From a virus, in IMG/VR virus record IMGVR_UViG_3300005099_000065, positions 15,662 to 79,661 of that record: DNA of 64,000 nt. One strand, written 5' to 3'. A model generated the notes under the pieces. It ran no database searches, was not told the origin of the DNA, and saw only the letters and a program-made list of their open reading frames with translations. Every line of letters starts with the position of its first letter. The stretch's first letter is position 1. Below, piece after piece: positions 1 through 8,570 of the stretch. A program made the position numbers and the translations under genes.

Positions 1-1
1 C

Positions 2-160
2 CTTCATGGTACAGAAAGGGTTGAGGTCAAAGCAGCTATCGATTTGTTTTTGAGATGTTCCAAGATGAATGAATGGAAATACAAAGAAAGAGGTTGGCGA
101 CACGGTTTTGCTATTTTAACCCGTGTCAAACCATTGGGTGAGGGGGTGATGATAAAATGA
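2..160 (+). CDS. C-terminal fragment of a gene that starts upstream of the window (unknown function)
   Basis: Frame open from base 2 (LHGTERVEVKAAIDLFLRCSKMNEWKYK...) to TGA 158-160, which overlaps the next ATG (ATGA coupling). Confidence 0.45.
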   Translation, partial: LHGTERVEVKAAIDLFLRCSKMNEWKYKERGWRHGFAILTRVKPLGEGVMIK

Positions 161-396
161 AAGAAGATGCTGAAGTGATAGCCAAGTTGGTGGAACATTT
201 TCTGAGGCTTTGGTCAACCAATCCAGACAATCTTCATCCCCAATATGCTTCCACAGGTAAAGCCGAATTGAATTTTTATTTGGGTAAGTGGAGATTGGAG
301 ATAAAAGCCGAAGTGGGAGAAATTCGCTTCACAGTTACACCATTGGGAGGTGTAACGCCATGGTGGAACATGGGTTTAAACCAGGCGACAGGATAA
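157..396 (+). CDS. hypothetical protein
   Basis: 79-aa ORF with ATGA overlap to the upstream frame; no recognisable motif. Confidence 0.45.
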   Translation: MKEDAEVIAKLVEHFLRLWSTNPDNLHPQYASTGKAELNFYLGKWRLEIKAEVGEIRFTVTPLGGVTPWWNMGLNQATG

Positions 397-551
397 AAAT
401 CAAGTCAAATGAAACCACGAGAATGATGTGTTTGGATGGGAAAGAGGGAGTGGTTGTGCAAATAGAGAAGAACCAAATTTTGGTAGATGTGACAGAGGCT
501 GGACTTTTTTGGTTTTGGCCAGATGAAATAGAAAAGATGGAAGATGATTAG
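360..551 (+). CDS. small KOW/SH3-like protein
   Basis: GGAGGT SD before ATG 360. FKPGDRIKIK...GKEGVVVQI is a KOW-like pattern. Confidence 0.55.
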   Translation: MVEHGFKPGDRIKIKSNETTRMMCLDGKEGVVVQIEKNQILVDVTEAGLFWFWPDEIEKMEDD

Positions 552-558
552 GAGGTGA

Positions 559-1695
559 ATGATGAAATTAGTGTTTTCAGTCATTATCACCAGCGCAGCA
601 AAATCAGAAACCAGACAAATATGGTTGTTCGAAGCTTTAACATCTGTTTTGTCCCAGTCTTACCCTTATTGGGAGTGCATAGTTGTGGATGATACAGGTG
701 AGCAGTTGCTAAAACCGATAGTAGAGAAAGCTCGAAATCTCGCTACCAATCCCATTTTGTATGTGCCCAATCTTTGCAATTTGGGTTTGCAAAAGTCGTT
801 CAACATTGGTCTGTTTTATGCTGCGGGAGATTGGATTGTGAGATTGGACGATGACGATCAATTCTATCCTTGCACTTTGAATGAATTGGCTTTATTTATC
901 CAAAAATGTCCAGACAACGTGGTTTTTGTTCACAGTGATATTGCTTTCATGCATGGAGGTGTGTACAGCTATCCAGAATGGGACGGCACTTTGGAAGGTA
1001 CTGAGAGAATTGGCCACGTGCAGGCTATCAAGAGGCAGGCTTTGCTTCAAATAGGAGGGTGGAGAACAGACATTGATTATGCAGCAGATACAGACTGTGT
1101 GATTAGGCTTCTGGAGATGGGCTGGGAAATTCGACACATTCCGAAGGTGTTGTACCTCAATCGTCATCATGAAGATCAGTACACTGTGTGGTATGCCAAA
1201 CATAAAGATCCCATAAAGGCTAAGCGGAGAGTTTTTCAGGATGCTTTGAAACGCAATTATGAGTTTTGGAGATATCGTCAGTCAACTTTTCAACCTATGA
1301 CATGTGCTAAAGTGGCTGATGTGCTGGAGGCTGTGAAAAAGTATTTGAAAGGTAACGGAATTGAGTTAGGAATGCAAGTCATTGGGCTTAGCTCAGACAT
1401 TTTTGCGAGCGTGAAAGACGAGATGGTATTTGAGGATGAGAGATTGGATTACGTTTTAATTTTTGTTTCTGACTTATCTCAGTTGATTAAGAAAAAGATA
1501 TTGCTTTGCTCTCGCAAGGTGAAAAGGGGAGGACATTTGATTTTGGTTATCAGTCGCAAACGAGATCCCGAATGGCGTCAAGGCTTTTTGATTTGGATAA
1601 CCAATAAATTTAGAACCAAAGATTTTGACTTGATTCAATTAGACACAGCCAAAGAAGGAGAGTGGTCAGAATGGGTACTAAAAAAACGGTGTTAA
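559..1695 (+). CDS. GT2 glycosyltransferase with C-terminal degenerate methyltransferase-like domain
   Basis: SVIIT, SVLSQSYPYWECIVVDD, DWIVRLDDDD (DxD) and IGGWRTDIDYAADTD are GT-A motifs; GGAGGTGA SD. Confidence 0.9.
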   Translation: MMKLVFSVIITSAAKSETRQIWLFEALTSVLSQSYPYWECIVVDDTGEQLLKPIVEKARNLATNPILYVPNLCNLGLQKSFNIGLFYAAGDWIVRLDDDDQFYPCTLNELALFIQKCPDNVVFVHSDIAFMHGGVYSYPEWDGTLEGTERIGHVQAIKRQALLQIGGWRTDIDYAADTDCVIRLLEMGWEIRHIPKVLYLNRHHEDQYTVWYAKHKDPIKAKRRVFQDALKRNYEFWRYRQSTFQPMTCAKVADVLEAVKKYLKGNGIELGMQVIGLSSDIFASVKDEMVFEDERLDYVLIFVSDLSQLIKKKILLCSRKVKRGGHLILVISRKRDPEWRQGFLIWITNKFRTKDFDLIQLDTAKEGEWSEWVLKKRC

Positions 1696-2537
1696 TTTTG
1701 GGGGCAAATTTCGACAACGTCGCAGGAATGGAATCAGGTGTGGCCAAAGCTTTTCGCCAGTTGAATTGGAATGTGATTGCTTTGTCGTATCGCAAAATGT
1801 TTCCTAGCAATTTGTTTATGAAAGTGGATGAAGCTTATGCAAAAGGAATAGATTTGGTGTTGGTTATCAAAGGTGAAAGAGTAGATCCTTTGCAAACCTT
1901 TCCTCGTGCTTCTGTACCCAAAGCATTTTGGTTTCAAGACGATGTACGCTGGAGTAAAACCAACTGGGCTTTGTTTCAGACTTTGTTTCCTTATTATGAT
2001 TATGTTTTTTATTTTGATCAATCGGGAATTGAATGGATGCAAGACAAAATAAGAGGGAAGGTCTATTTTTTGCCATTGGGTTATGACCCTGAAGTTTATC
2101 GACCTCGATCGAAGAAGAGAGATGTATGCTTTTTATGTTCTGTTGTAGGTCCAAGGTTGGAAGTAGCTTATATATTAAAGCATCGCTACAATGCTTTGGT
2201 TGGTTGGGTTGGAGACGATTACCCTAAGCTGTTAGCTGAGACTAGAATTGCAGTGAATTGGGGATTGACCTTCCAATCTACCCAACAGCGAGTTTTCGAA
2301 GCAGCTGGATGTGGGTGTGTGGTAGTGACCAGTTGGGTGGATGAGAAATATCGTGTGTTAAAAACACCTATATATGTGAAGGATTTGGAACACTTGACCA
2401 AAGAAATCGATGAGCTCTTAGTCGATGAAGAAGAGTTGAAGAAAAAAGCTCAGCAAATCAAAACAGAATCACAAAACCATACTTGGAAGCACAGAGTTTT
2501 GTCTCTTTTAAACCAAATCCAAGGAGGAGACAAATGA
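1662..2537 (+). CDS. GT-B glycosyltransferase (CgeB/spore-maturation-like family)
   Basis: YFLPLGYDPEVYRP, AVNWG and QRVFEAAGCGCVVVT motifs; C-terminal NHTWKHRV. Exact start uncertain. Confidence 0.8.
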   Translation: MVRMGTKKTVLILGANFDNVAGMESGVAKAFRQLNWNVIALSYRKMFPSNLFMKVDEAYAKGIDLVLVIKGERVDPLQTFPRASVPKAFWFQDDVRWSKTNWALFQTLFPYYDYVFYFDQSGIEWMQDKIRGKVYFLPLGYDPEVYRPRSKKRDVCFLCSVVGPRLEVAYILKHRYNALVGWVGDDYPKLLAETRIAVNWGLTFQSTQQRVFEAAGCGCVVVTSWVDEKYRVLKTPIYVKDLEHLTKEIDELLVDEEELKKKAQQIKTESQNHTWKHRVLSLLNQIQGGDK

Positions 2538-3439
2538 AATGTCTGGTTGTGGGTGGAGCAGGATTCATTGGTAGTCATTTGGTTGAACATCTGTTGAGCC
2601 AAGGTTATGAAGTAGAAGTGTTGGACAATTTAATAGCGGGCAATCCCGACAATGTTTCCATTCCCGTTGCCACTTCAGTAGAGGACTTGCAAAGTGAATT
2701 TTGGGACGTGATTTTTTGGTTGGCTGACCGAGTAGGAGTGAAAACAATTGTGCAAACCAAAACATTCAATTTGATCAGCTCTTTGTTTCTTTTGAAAACT
2801 TTTATCGGTTGCTCGCACAGAATTGTTTTGGCTTCTAGTAGTGAAGTTTATGGACAATATTGGTCGAAATATCAATTTTCATATCACAAAAGGTTTACCT
2901 ATGCTTGGATAAAGTTGTTGGAAGAGTTTTTGGTGTCCGAAAGCTGGACATCATATGTTATAGCAAGATTGTTCAACGTTTATGGACCCAGGCAAAGAAT
3001 TCATGCAGGAGTGGTTCCATACTTTTGCTATCGGGCTTACCATCATTTGCCCTTGACGCTGCACGAGGAATCTGGTTATTGCGCTGTTCGTTCATTTTTG
3101 TACGTGAAAAATTTAGCGGAGCTTTTGACCACGTTGGCCATTTCCAATTGGACAGGAATAATGGACATAGGCAATCCCTTTGCCGTCATAAGCATCAGGT
3201 CATTGGCTATGAAGATTCGTGAGCTTTTTGATTCCAAATCTGCAATTTTGACTGTGGACAATCCTTATGCAGGTCCTAGAGTGCGTTATTCGTCTTGTAT
3301 GGAAATGAGAAGGTTTTTTGGTGAAGATTATTTGAGGCAAAAACTGGTTCCACTAGAGGAAGGATTGAAGGAAACTGCCAATTGGTACAGGAAAGTTTTT
3401 GACCAAAATGATTCTCAGTTACAACAGTTGATGAAATGA
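2534..3439 (+). CDS. NAD-dependent nucleotide-sugar epimerase/dehydratase (extended SDR)
   Basis: GGAGFIGSHL, ASSSEVYG, YxxxK (YAWIK) and RLFNVYGPRQ; SD GGAGGAG before ATG 2534. Confidence 0.9.
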   Translation: MKCLVVGGAGFIGSHLVEHLLSQGYEVEVLDNLIAGNPDNVSIPVATSVEDLQSEFWDVIFWLADRVGVKTIVQTKTFNLISSLFLLKTFIGCSHRIVLASSSEVYGQYWSKYQFSYHKRFTYAWIKLLEEFLVSESWTSYVIARLFNVYGPRQRIHAGVVPYFCYRAYHHLPLTLHEESGYCAVRSFLYVKNLAELLTTLAISNWTGIMDIGNPFAVISIRSLAMKIRELFDSKSAILTVDNPYAGPRVRYSSCMEMRRFFGEDYLRQKLVPLEEGLKETANWYRKVFDQNDSQLQQLMK

Positions 3440-4329
3440 ATGTATTAGCTAATTGGAAGGGTGGAAAATTGTTGTACCAAATTTACGGAGGAATCGGAGA
3501 TTTGTTGTGGCGTACTGCTCTCTTTCGTCAAATCAAAAAGTCATTTCCCGACACATATTTGTGTGTGAGCAGTCGGGGACCTCATTGGAAACTGATTTAT
3601 GAAAATAATCCTCATGTGGATGAATTGCTCGATTTCGGCAGCTATGATTGTTCTGAGTTTGACCGAGTGATAGAAGATGAGTTGTGTCCTCATGTGAGAT
3701 GTGGTTATGCTTTCAAAATGCATGCTGTGGAAGCATTGGGTGTATGGGCTGGTTTGGCAATTGAGGATTTGAGTTACGAATACAAAGTGAAAGATGAAGA
3801 GAGAAAATGGGCTAAGGAGTTTTTGTCTCAATTTGCTCGACCAATCATAACAGTGGCTTTAAGGGCTTCGAGTAACGTGAGAAATTGGGACCCCATTCAA
3901 CAGTTGAGATTGATTAAGATGCTGAGAGAAGTAGGCACTGTGATTCTTTTGCATTCTCATCCTGTCGATTTGGCAAGGTTGGATGGGGTGGTGAGCATGT
4001 GCGGAGGATACAATGTTCGACAAGTGGCTGCTGTTATCGAGCAATGTGACCTTTTAATCACACCAGACACAGGGGCTTTGCACTTTGGTTGTCATTTTGG
4101 AATTCCTACAGTTGCTTATTTCGCAGGCACAGACCCCAAGTGCCGAATACGAAAGACAGACAAAAACGTTTCAGTGATGATGCAACCAATTTTGCCTGAT
4201 TGTCATCCCTGCTGGTTTCACGGGGCGAATTGCCCTCGTTTTGGCACTTTGGTTCCCAAATGCATATCATTGTTGAAAGCAGAACAAGTGTTTGAATTGG
4301 CTTTACAAAAATTGAAGGAAAGGAGGTGA
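3436..4329 (+). CDS. GT9 (heptosyltransferase-like) glycosyltransferase
   Basis: GGIGDLL, YENNPHVDEL and AAVIEQCDLLITPDTGALH...GIPTVAYF are GT9 motifs. Confidence 0.88.
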   Translation: MNVLANWKGGKLLYQIYGGIGDLLWRTALFRQIKKSFPDTYLCVSSRGPHWKLIYENNPHVDELLDFGSYDCSEFDRVIEDELCPHVRCGYAFKMHAVEALGVWAGLAIEDLSYEYKVKDEERKWAKEFLSQFARPIITVALRASSNVRNWDPIQQLRLIKMLREVGTVILLHSHPVDLARLDGVVSMCGGYNVRQVAAVIEQCDLLITPDTGALHFGCHFGIPTVAYFAGTDPKCRIRKTDKNVSVMMQPILPDCHPCWFHGANCPRFGTLVPKCISLLKAEQVFELALQKLKERR

Positions 4330-4694
4330 GGCAATTGTTAGGCACTCAAGCAAGAAAAAGAGGCTATCAAATAAACAGAGTTCAGTTGAAATTGAAAAGA
4401 CATCGAACATTAACACCAGACATCGTGGCGTATGTTATGGGGACTCGCTGCGTGTTGGGGTGGGATTGTGAATCTTGTCCCAAATATTCTCATTGCAAAA
4501 AGCGAGTCCAAAGGGATCTCTTTTATCAAAAGAAAATTGAAGACGAAGTGTTAGACTATTTGGACAGAGCCAGAAAAAGCAGAGGTCCCGATTTATGTGA
4601 TTTGGGAGTGGTAAGTGATATAGTACAGGAGGAATATTTATATGAGTGGGAAGAGGATTTCGAAGGTATCAATTATCATTCCAGTTTACAATAA
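4326..4694 (+). CDS. hypothetical protein
   Basis: GTG start after GGAGG, 122 aa, with a C-x4-CxxC-x4-C cluster and an acidic tail. Confidence 0.5.
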   Translation: MRQLLGTQARKRGYQINRVQLKLKRHRTLTPDIVAYVMGTRCVLGWDCESCPKYSHCKKRVQRDLFYQKKIEDEVLDYLDRARKSRGPDLCDLGVVSDIVQEEYLYEWEEDFEGINYHSSLQ

Positions 4695-6693
4695 TTTGCA
4701 ATTGTTGAAGAAGTGCATAAGCTCGCTTCGTCAACACCATGCTGGAGCTGAATATGAATTGGTGATTGTGGACGATGGGAGTACAGAGCCTGGGACGAAA
4801 GAGTATTTGAGCAATTTTGAAAATGTGATACAGCAAAGCAATCAGGGATTTATAAAGGCATGCAACCACGGAGCCAAAGTAGCAATTGGCGAATATCTTT
4901 TGTTTATGAATTCAGATATCGAGGTTTTGCACGATGGTTGGCTGGGAAGGTTGGTGATGGTATTTGAAGAGAAAGAGGATGTGGGGATAGTAGGATGCAA
5001 ATTGATTTTCCCTGACGACACTGTACAACATTGTGGTATGGAATTTTCCTCACGCCATATGAATTTCATTCACCGTCATTATCGAGCCCACAAAGCAGAT
5101 CCTCAAGTAAACCAAAGCGGATACGTACCAGCTGTTACAGGAGCTTTGTTTATGGTGAGAAGGAAAGTGTGGGATGAGTTGAATGGATTTGATGAACAGT
5201 ATGTATTCGGATATTTTGAAGACACGGATTTTTGTATGAGAGCTTTGGAGAAAGGATGGAAAACTTATTATTGTGCTTCGGTGGAAATGATTCACCACCA
5301 GTCAGCTACCACGGGAGGATGTCCATCTGAAGTCTGGTTTCACAACCATGAAATTTTTAAACAGAGATGGATCCGAACTGGCAAACTATGTCGTTATCCT
5401 AAAATAGCAGCTTGCTACATTGTATTCAATGAAGCCGAATTCATCAGCGAAAGCTTAGCCAGCATTTATCCTTGGGTTCACAAAATCATCATTGTAGAAG
5501 GCTGTACTGAATACACAAAGCAATTTGCTCGACCAGATGGAAGCAGTAGTGATGGGACAGTTGAAAAAATAAAAAACTTCAATGATCCTCAGAAAAAAAT
5601 TGTACTCATTCAAGGAAAGTGGAAAGACAAAACACAAATGAGAAACGAATATTGCAAACATTTGAAAGGATTTGATTATGCTTTGGTTGTGGATGGAGAT
5701 GAGGTATGGAGTTATCGGGAAATGGCAAAAGTAGAGGAATTGATGTTCAAAGAACCGCATGTCAGAGCATTCAGTTTTGGAATGTATGAGTTTTGGAAAG
5801 ACTTTACCAGAGTGAACAAAGGAGTGTGGGAACAGTTTTTGGGTCGTCGTACTTTGATAAAATTGGACAAGGGGCTCAAGTACAAAGATCATTTGACTCC
5901 TGTCACAGAGGATGGTCAAGTGATTCCAGCCACTTTGCATCCCGAAATTCATTTTCACCACTACAATTATTGCCAAAGTGATGAAAAAATTAAGCAAAAA
6001 TTTGAATATTATCTCAAGAAAGGCACTCCTGGTTTCAAGCTGAATGGAAATTGGTATGAAGAAGTGTGGAAGGCTTGGGATAAAGACCGAGTGAAAGTGG
6101 AAAGCACCACAGGCAATCATCCATTTGGGGGTGGGTACACAGTGGAATATCTGGGAGATCATCCCGAAGCTGTACGCAACCATCCCAAATACCAACATTT
6201 CCTTTTCATTCGCAAGCGTTCCATTTTGTTTACATGCGATTTGAATTTCCAATTGCCGTTTTTTCATCGGCTCACCCCTTATGATGTGAATCCATTAGAT
6301 CCTTTTGCTCACGATGTCAAGGTGTTCGTGTTGTATGATTTTTTGTCTCATTATTCCAAAAATGAAATTCAATCCATTTTGAACAATTTGTGTGCTTTGT
6401 TGGACAACCAAGGAGAAATACGCATCATTGAACCCGATGCCGAAAAGATAACCCGTGCCTTCTGTTCTCGCCATATCTCTATTTCAGATCTCAACAATTT
6501 GCTTTTGGGTAATCCCAATCATCAATTTGGACAAAGGAAAACTTTGTTGAATGTGAGTTTGTTGAAGATTATGCTTTTGGCTGGTGGATTTAGTTTTATC
6601 CAAAGCCTTGACAGACCAGATTTTTTCTTGGAAATCAGGGCATTCAAATCCCCAATTTATAATATTTTTAGACATTTGAAAGGAGGGATTTGA
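4642..6693 (+). CDS. multidomain glycosyltransferase (two GT2 domains plus C-terminal methyltransferase-like remnant)
   Basis: First GT2: VSIIIPVYN, VIVDDGS, LFMNSD, GYFEDTDFC. Second GT2: YIVFNEAEFI, IIIVEG, LVVDGDE. C-terminal FLSHY...GEIRIIEPD. Confidence 0.88.
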   Translation: MSGKRISKVSIIIPVYNNLQLLKKCISSLRQHHAGAEYELVIVDDGSTEPGTKEYLSNFENVIQQSNQGFIKACNHGAKVAIGEYLLFMNSDIEVLHDGWLGRLVMVFEEKEDVGIVGCKLIFPDDTVQHCGMEFSSRHMNFIHRHYRAHKADPQVNQSGYVPAVTGALFMVRRKVWDELNGFDEQYVFGYFEDTDFCMRALEKGWKTYYCASVEMIHHQSATTGGCPSEVWFHNHEIFKQRWIRTGKLCRYPKIAACYIVFNEAEFISESLASIYPWVHKIIIVEGCTEYTKQFARPDGSSSDGTVEKIKNFNDPQKKIVLIQGKWKDKTQMRNEYCKHLKGFDYALVVDGDEVWSYREMAKVEELMFKEPHVRAFSFGMYEFWKDFTRVNKGVWEQFLGRRTLIKLDKGLKYKDHLTPVTEDGQVIPATLHPEIHFHHYNYCQSDEKIKQKFEYYLKKGTPGFKLNGNWYEEVWKAWDKDRVKVESTTGNHPFGGGYTVEYLGDHPEAVRNHPKYQHFLFIRKRSILFTCDLNFQLPFFHRLTPYDVNPLDPFAHDVKVFVLYDFLSHYSKNEIQSILNNLCALLDNQGEIRIIEPDAEKITRAFCSRHISISDLNNLLLGNPNHQFGQRKTLLNVSLLKIMLLAGGFSFIQSLDRPDFFLEIRAFKSPIYNIFRHLKGGI

Positions 6694-6694
6694 G

Positions 6695-7759
6695 ATGCCT
6701 TTAGGTTTCAAAGGTTATTTGATGATTGCTGAAGAAGGAACCACAGTTGCTGGTGGAAATGTGTGGGGTAAGGAAAGCGTGGATTGGTTGAGTGCTTTGT
6801 ATTTTGAAAGCGAGTCACTAGCACCAGCACCAGACATATTCTTTTCCACTGAATTGGGTGGCAGAAACGCTGAAGGAGACAGAGCATTTCGTCGTTCTCG
6901 CAAACGTGGAGACAAATGCGAAGGAGCTATCACCATCACAGCATATCCAGAAGGTGGTGGAGATATGAGCGGATTAGCCTTATTGCTCAAACATGCCACA
7001 GCTGGTGTGACTAGTGGAACACTAATTGGAACAGCACAAGGACTGTCAGATGATTATTATCTCCACACATTCATTCCCAAAGACGAAATCGACAATCTTT
7101 GGAATGGTTCCACATATCGAGTTTACGGATTGACTGTTCACATTGGTCGTGAAGATGATAGTGGGTCTTTGAGAAACTATCCCCATCTGGGGTGCAGAAT
7201 CAGAAACATCACTTTCAGTTGTGCTGCTGGCGAGGAACTGAAATGCTCTGTGGAATTTGTAGGCAGAAAGCTAGGAGACACGGGCACAGCCAAAACACCC
7301 AGTTATTCAGGATTGTCCCCTTGGACATTTGATGAGGCAAGTGTGACAGTGGATGGTAATACTAGACAAATTGATTCCTTTGAAATCACAATCACCAATC
7401 CGATGGTGGAAGCTCACACATTGGGCACTAATGTCTTAGGAAGAGTCAGATTCAGTGGAGCCAGAACTGTAACAGGAAACATCACAGCACCATTTGAGGG
7501 ATGGGTGAAAGACTTGTTCGACAAATGGCGCAACAACCAAAGCGCATCTCTCAATATTAAATTCACCAAAGGTACATATTGGACAATTGAGTTTGATTTG
7601 CCTAAAGTGATTTTCACTGGTGCTCCACCCAGCATTGGAGGTCCCGAAGAACTGGTAGTCACTATGCCATTCCAAGCGCTGTGGGACGAAAGCTCAGGAT
7701 ATGATATTCGAATCAAACTCAGCAACAGAGATGAAAAGGTAGGTTATGACATTAGCTAA
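6695..7759 (+). CDS. major tail tube protein
   Basis: 354 aa, beta-rich G/T-rich tube-type sequence (ELKCSVEFVG, FEITITN, RTVTGNIT, LVVTMPFQA) located directly before the chaperone and TMP genes. Confidence 0.8.
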   Translation: MPLGFKGYLMIAEEGTTVAGGNVWGKESVDWLSALYFESESLAPAPDIFFSTELGGRNAEGDRAFRRSRKRGDKCEGAITITAYPEGGGDMSGLALLLKHATAGVTSGTLIGTAQGLSDDYYLHTFIPKDEIDNLWNGSTYRVYGLTVHIGREDDSGSLRNYPHLGCRIRNITFSCAAGEELKCSVEFVGRKLGDTGTAKTPSYSGLSPWTFDEASVTVDGNTRQIDSFEITITNPMVEAHTLGTNVLGRVRFSGARTVTGNITAPFEGWVKDLFDKWRNNQSASLNIKFTKGTYWTIEFDLPKVIFTGAPPSIGGPEELVVTMPFQALWDESSGYDIRIKLSNRDEKVGYDIS

Positions 7760-7779
7760 TAATTTCAAGGAGGCACACG

Positions 7780-8220
7780 ATGCCCATTAAAAGCATGCCC
7801 AAAAATGAAATCATTTATGTCCCAGAGTACTCTGGGAACAGAGACGATCCCCAACCTTTGTGGGTGAAAATCAGACCATTGACCAGAAGAGAAAGCGATC
7901 AATACAGAAAACAAATAAGGTACTGGCGCAGAAAGGGATTCAGAGATCAATGGGAATCAAATTTGCCAGAAATTGAAAAAAGACAATTCTTAGATCATGT
8001 GTTAGAAGTACACAATTTTGTCGATTATGAAACAGGAGAGGAAATCACGGACATCGAGCGTTTTTACAACGAAGCGCCCGATGAATTGATTACTGAAATT
8101 TTTAATGCAATGCTAGATGCTAGCACATTCAGTGAGGAGGAACTAAAAAACTTCAGGCAGCTTGCCGTTGGGTCTTCAGCGGCAAGCAGTGGGAATGCCC
8201 ATGCGACAAAAAGAGAATGA
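7780..8220 (+). CDS. tail assembly chaperone (lambda gpG-like)
   Basis: Lies between tube and TMP; VKIRPLTRRE motif; in-frame slippery heptamer near the 3' end. Confidence 0.75.
   Translation: MPIKSMPKNEIIYVPEYSGNRDDPQPLWVKIRPLTRRESDQYRKQIRYWRRKGFRDQWESNLPEIEKRQFLDHVLEVHNFVDYETGEEITDIERFYNEAPDELITEIFNAMLDASTFSEEELKNFRQLAVGSSAASSGNAHATKRE
8145..8187 (+). other. programmed -1 ribosomal frameshift signal
   Basis: A AAA AAC (8145-8151) is in frame, followed by an 8-nt spacer and a hairpin GCTTGCCG (8160-8167) / CGGCAAGC (8180-8187) extendable by 4 more pairs. Confidence 0.75.
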
Positions 8221-8570
8221 GAAACTGTGCTATTGATGAAGAGATTGTGTTGGAAAAACATGAAGAATTTTACGTGGTTTACAGCCCTCAAGTCAAGGGA
8301 AACTTCCAACTCACTTTAGGAGATATCAAATTCAAAGTTTGTCCTCTCAGTTGGATTAGCTCTGACAGCTGGTATTATTTGGAATTGTTTCATTTGTGCA
8401 AAACTTTGCATTGTCTGCCTGAAGAAGGAGGAGTGCTAGATCAAGACAACAAAACAATGGAAGCATTTCAAATCATAGCAACAGAAATTCAACGTTATTC
8501 CGAACGGATGAAATCGCAAGAACTGCAAATGTTGCCACAACTGGAGCAAATGAGATGGAGAAAGAGTTAA
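8151..8570 (+). CDS. tail assembly chaperone frameshift extension (gpT part of gpGT)
   Basis: The -1 frame is open from 8136 (after TGA 8133) through the listed ORF 8217-8570; LPEEGGVLDQ...MEAF resembles T-type chaperone C-termini. Confidence 0.7.
   Translation, partial: LQAACRWVFSGKQWECPCDKKRMRNCAIDEEIVLEKHEEFYVVYSPQVKGNFQLTLGDIKFKVCPLSWISSDSWYYLELFHLCKTLHCLPEEGGVLDQDNKTMEAFQIIATEIQRYSERMKSQELQMLPQLEQMRWRKS

Noticed and set aside
5455-6267. 270-aa minus-strand ORF, and similar long antisense ORFs (e.g. 47799-48482, 46300-46917, 57424-58053)
   Set aside because: They fully overlap well-supported plus-strand genes and carry no motifs.
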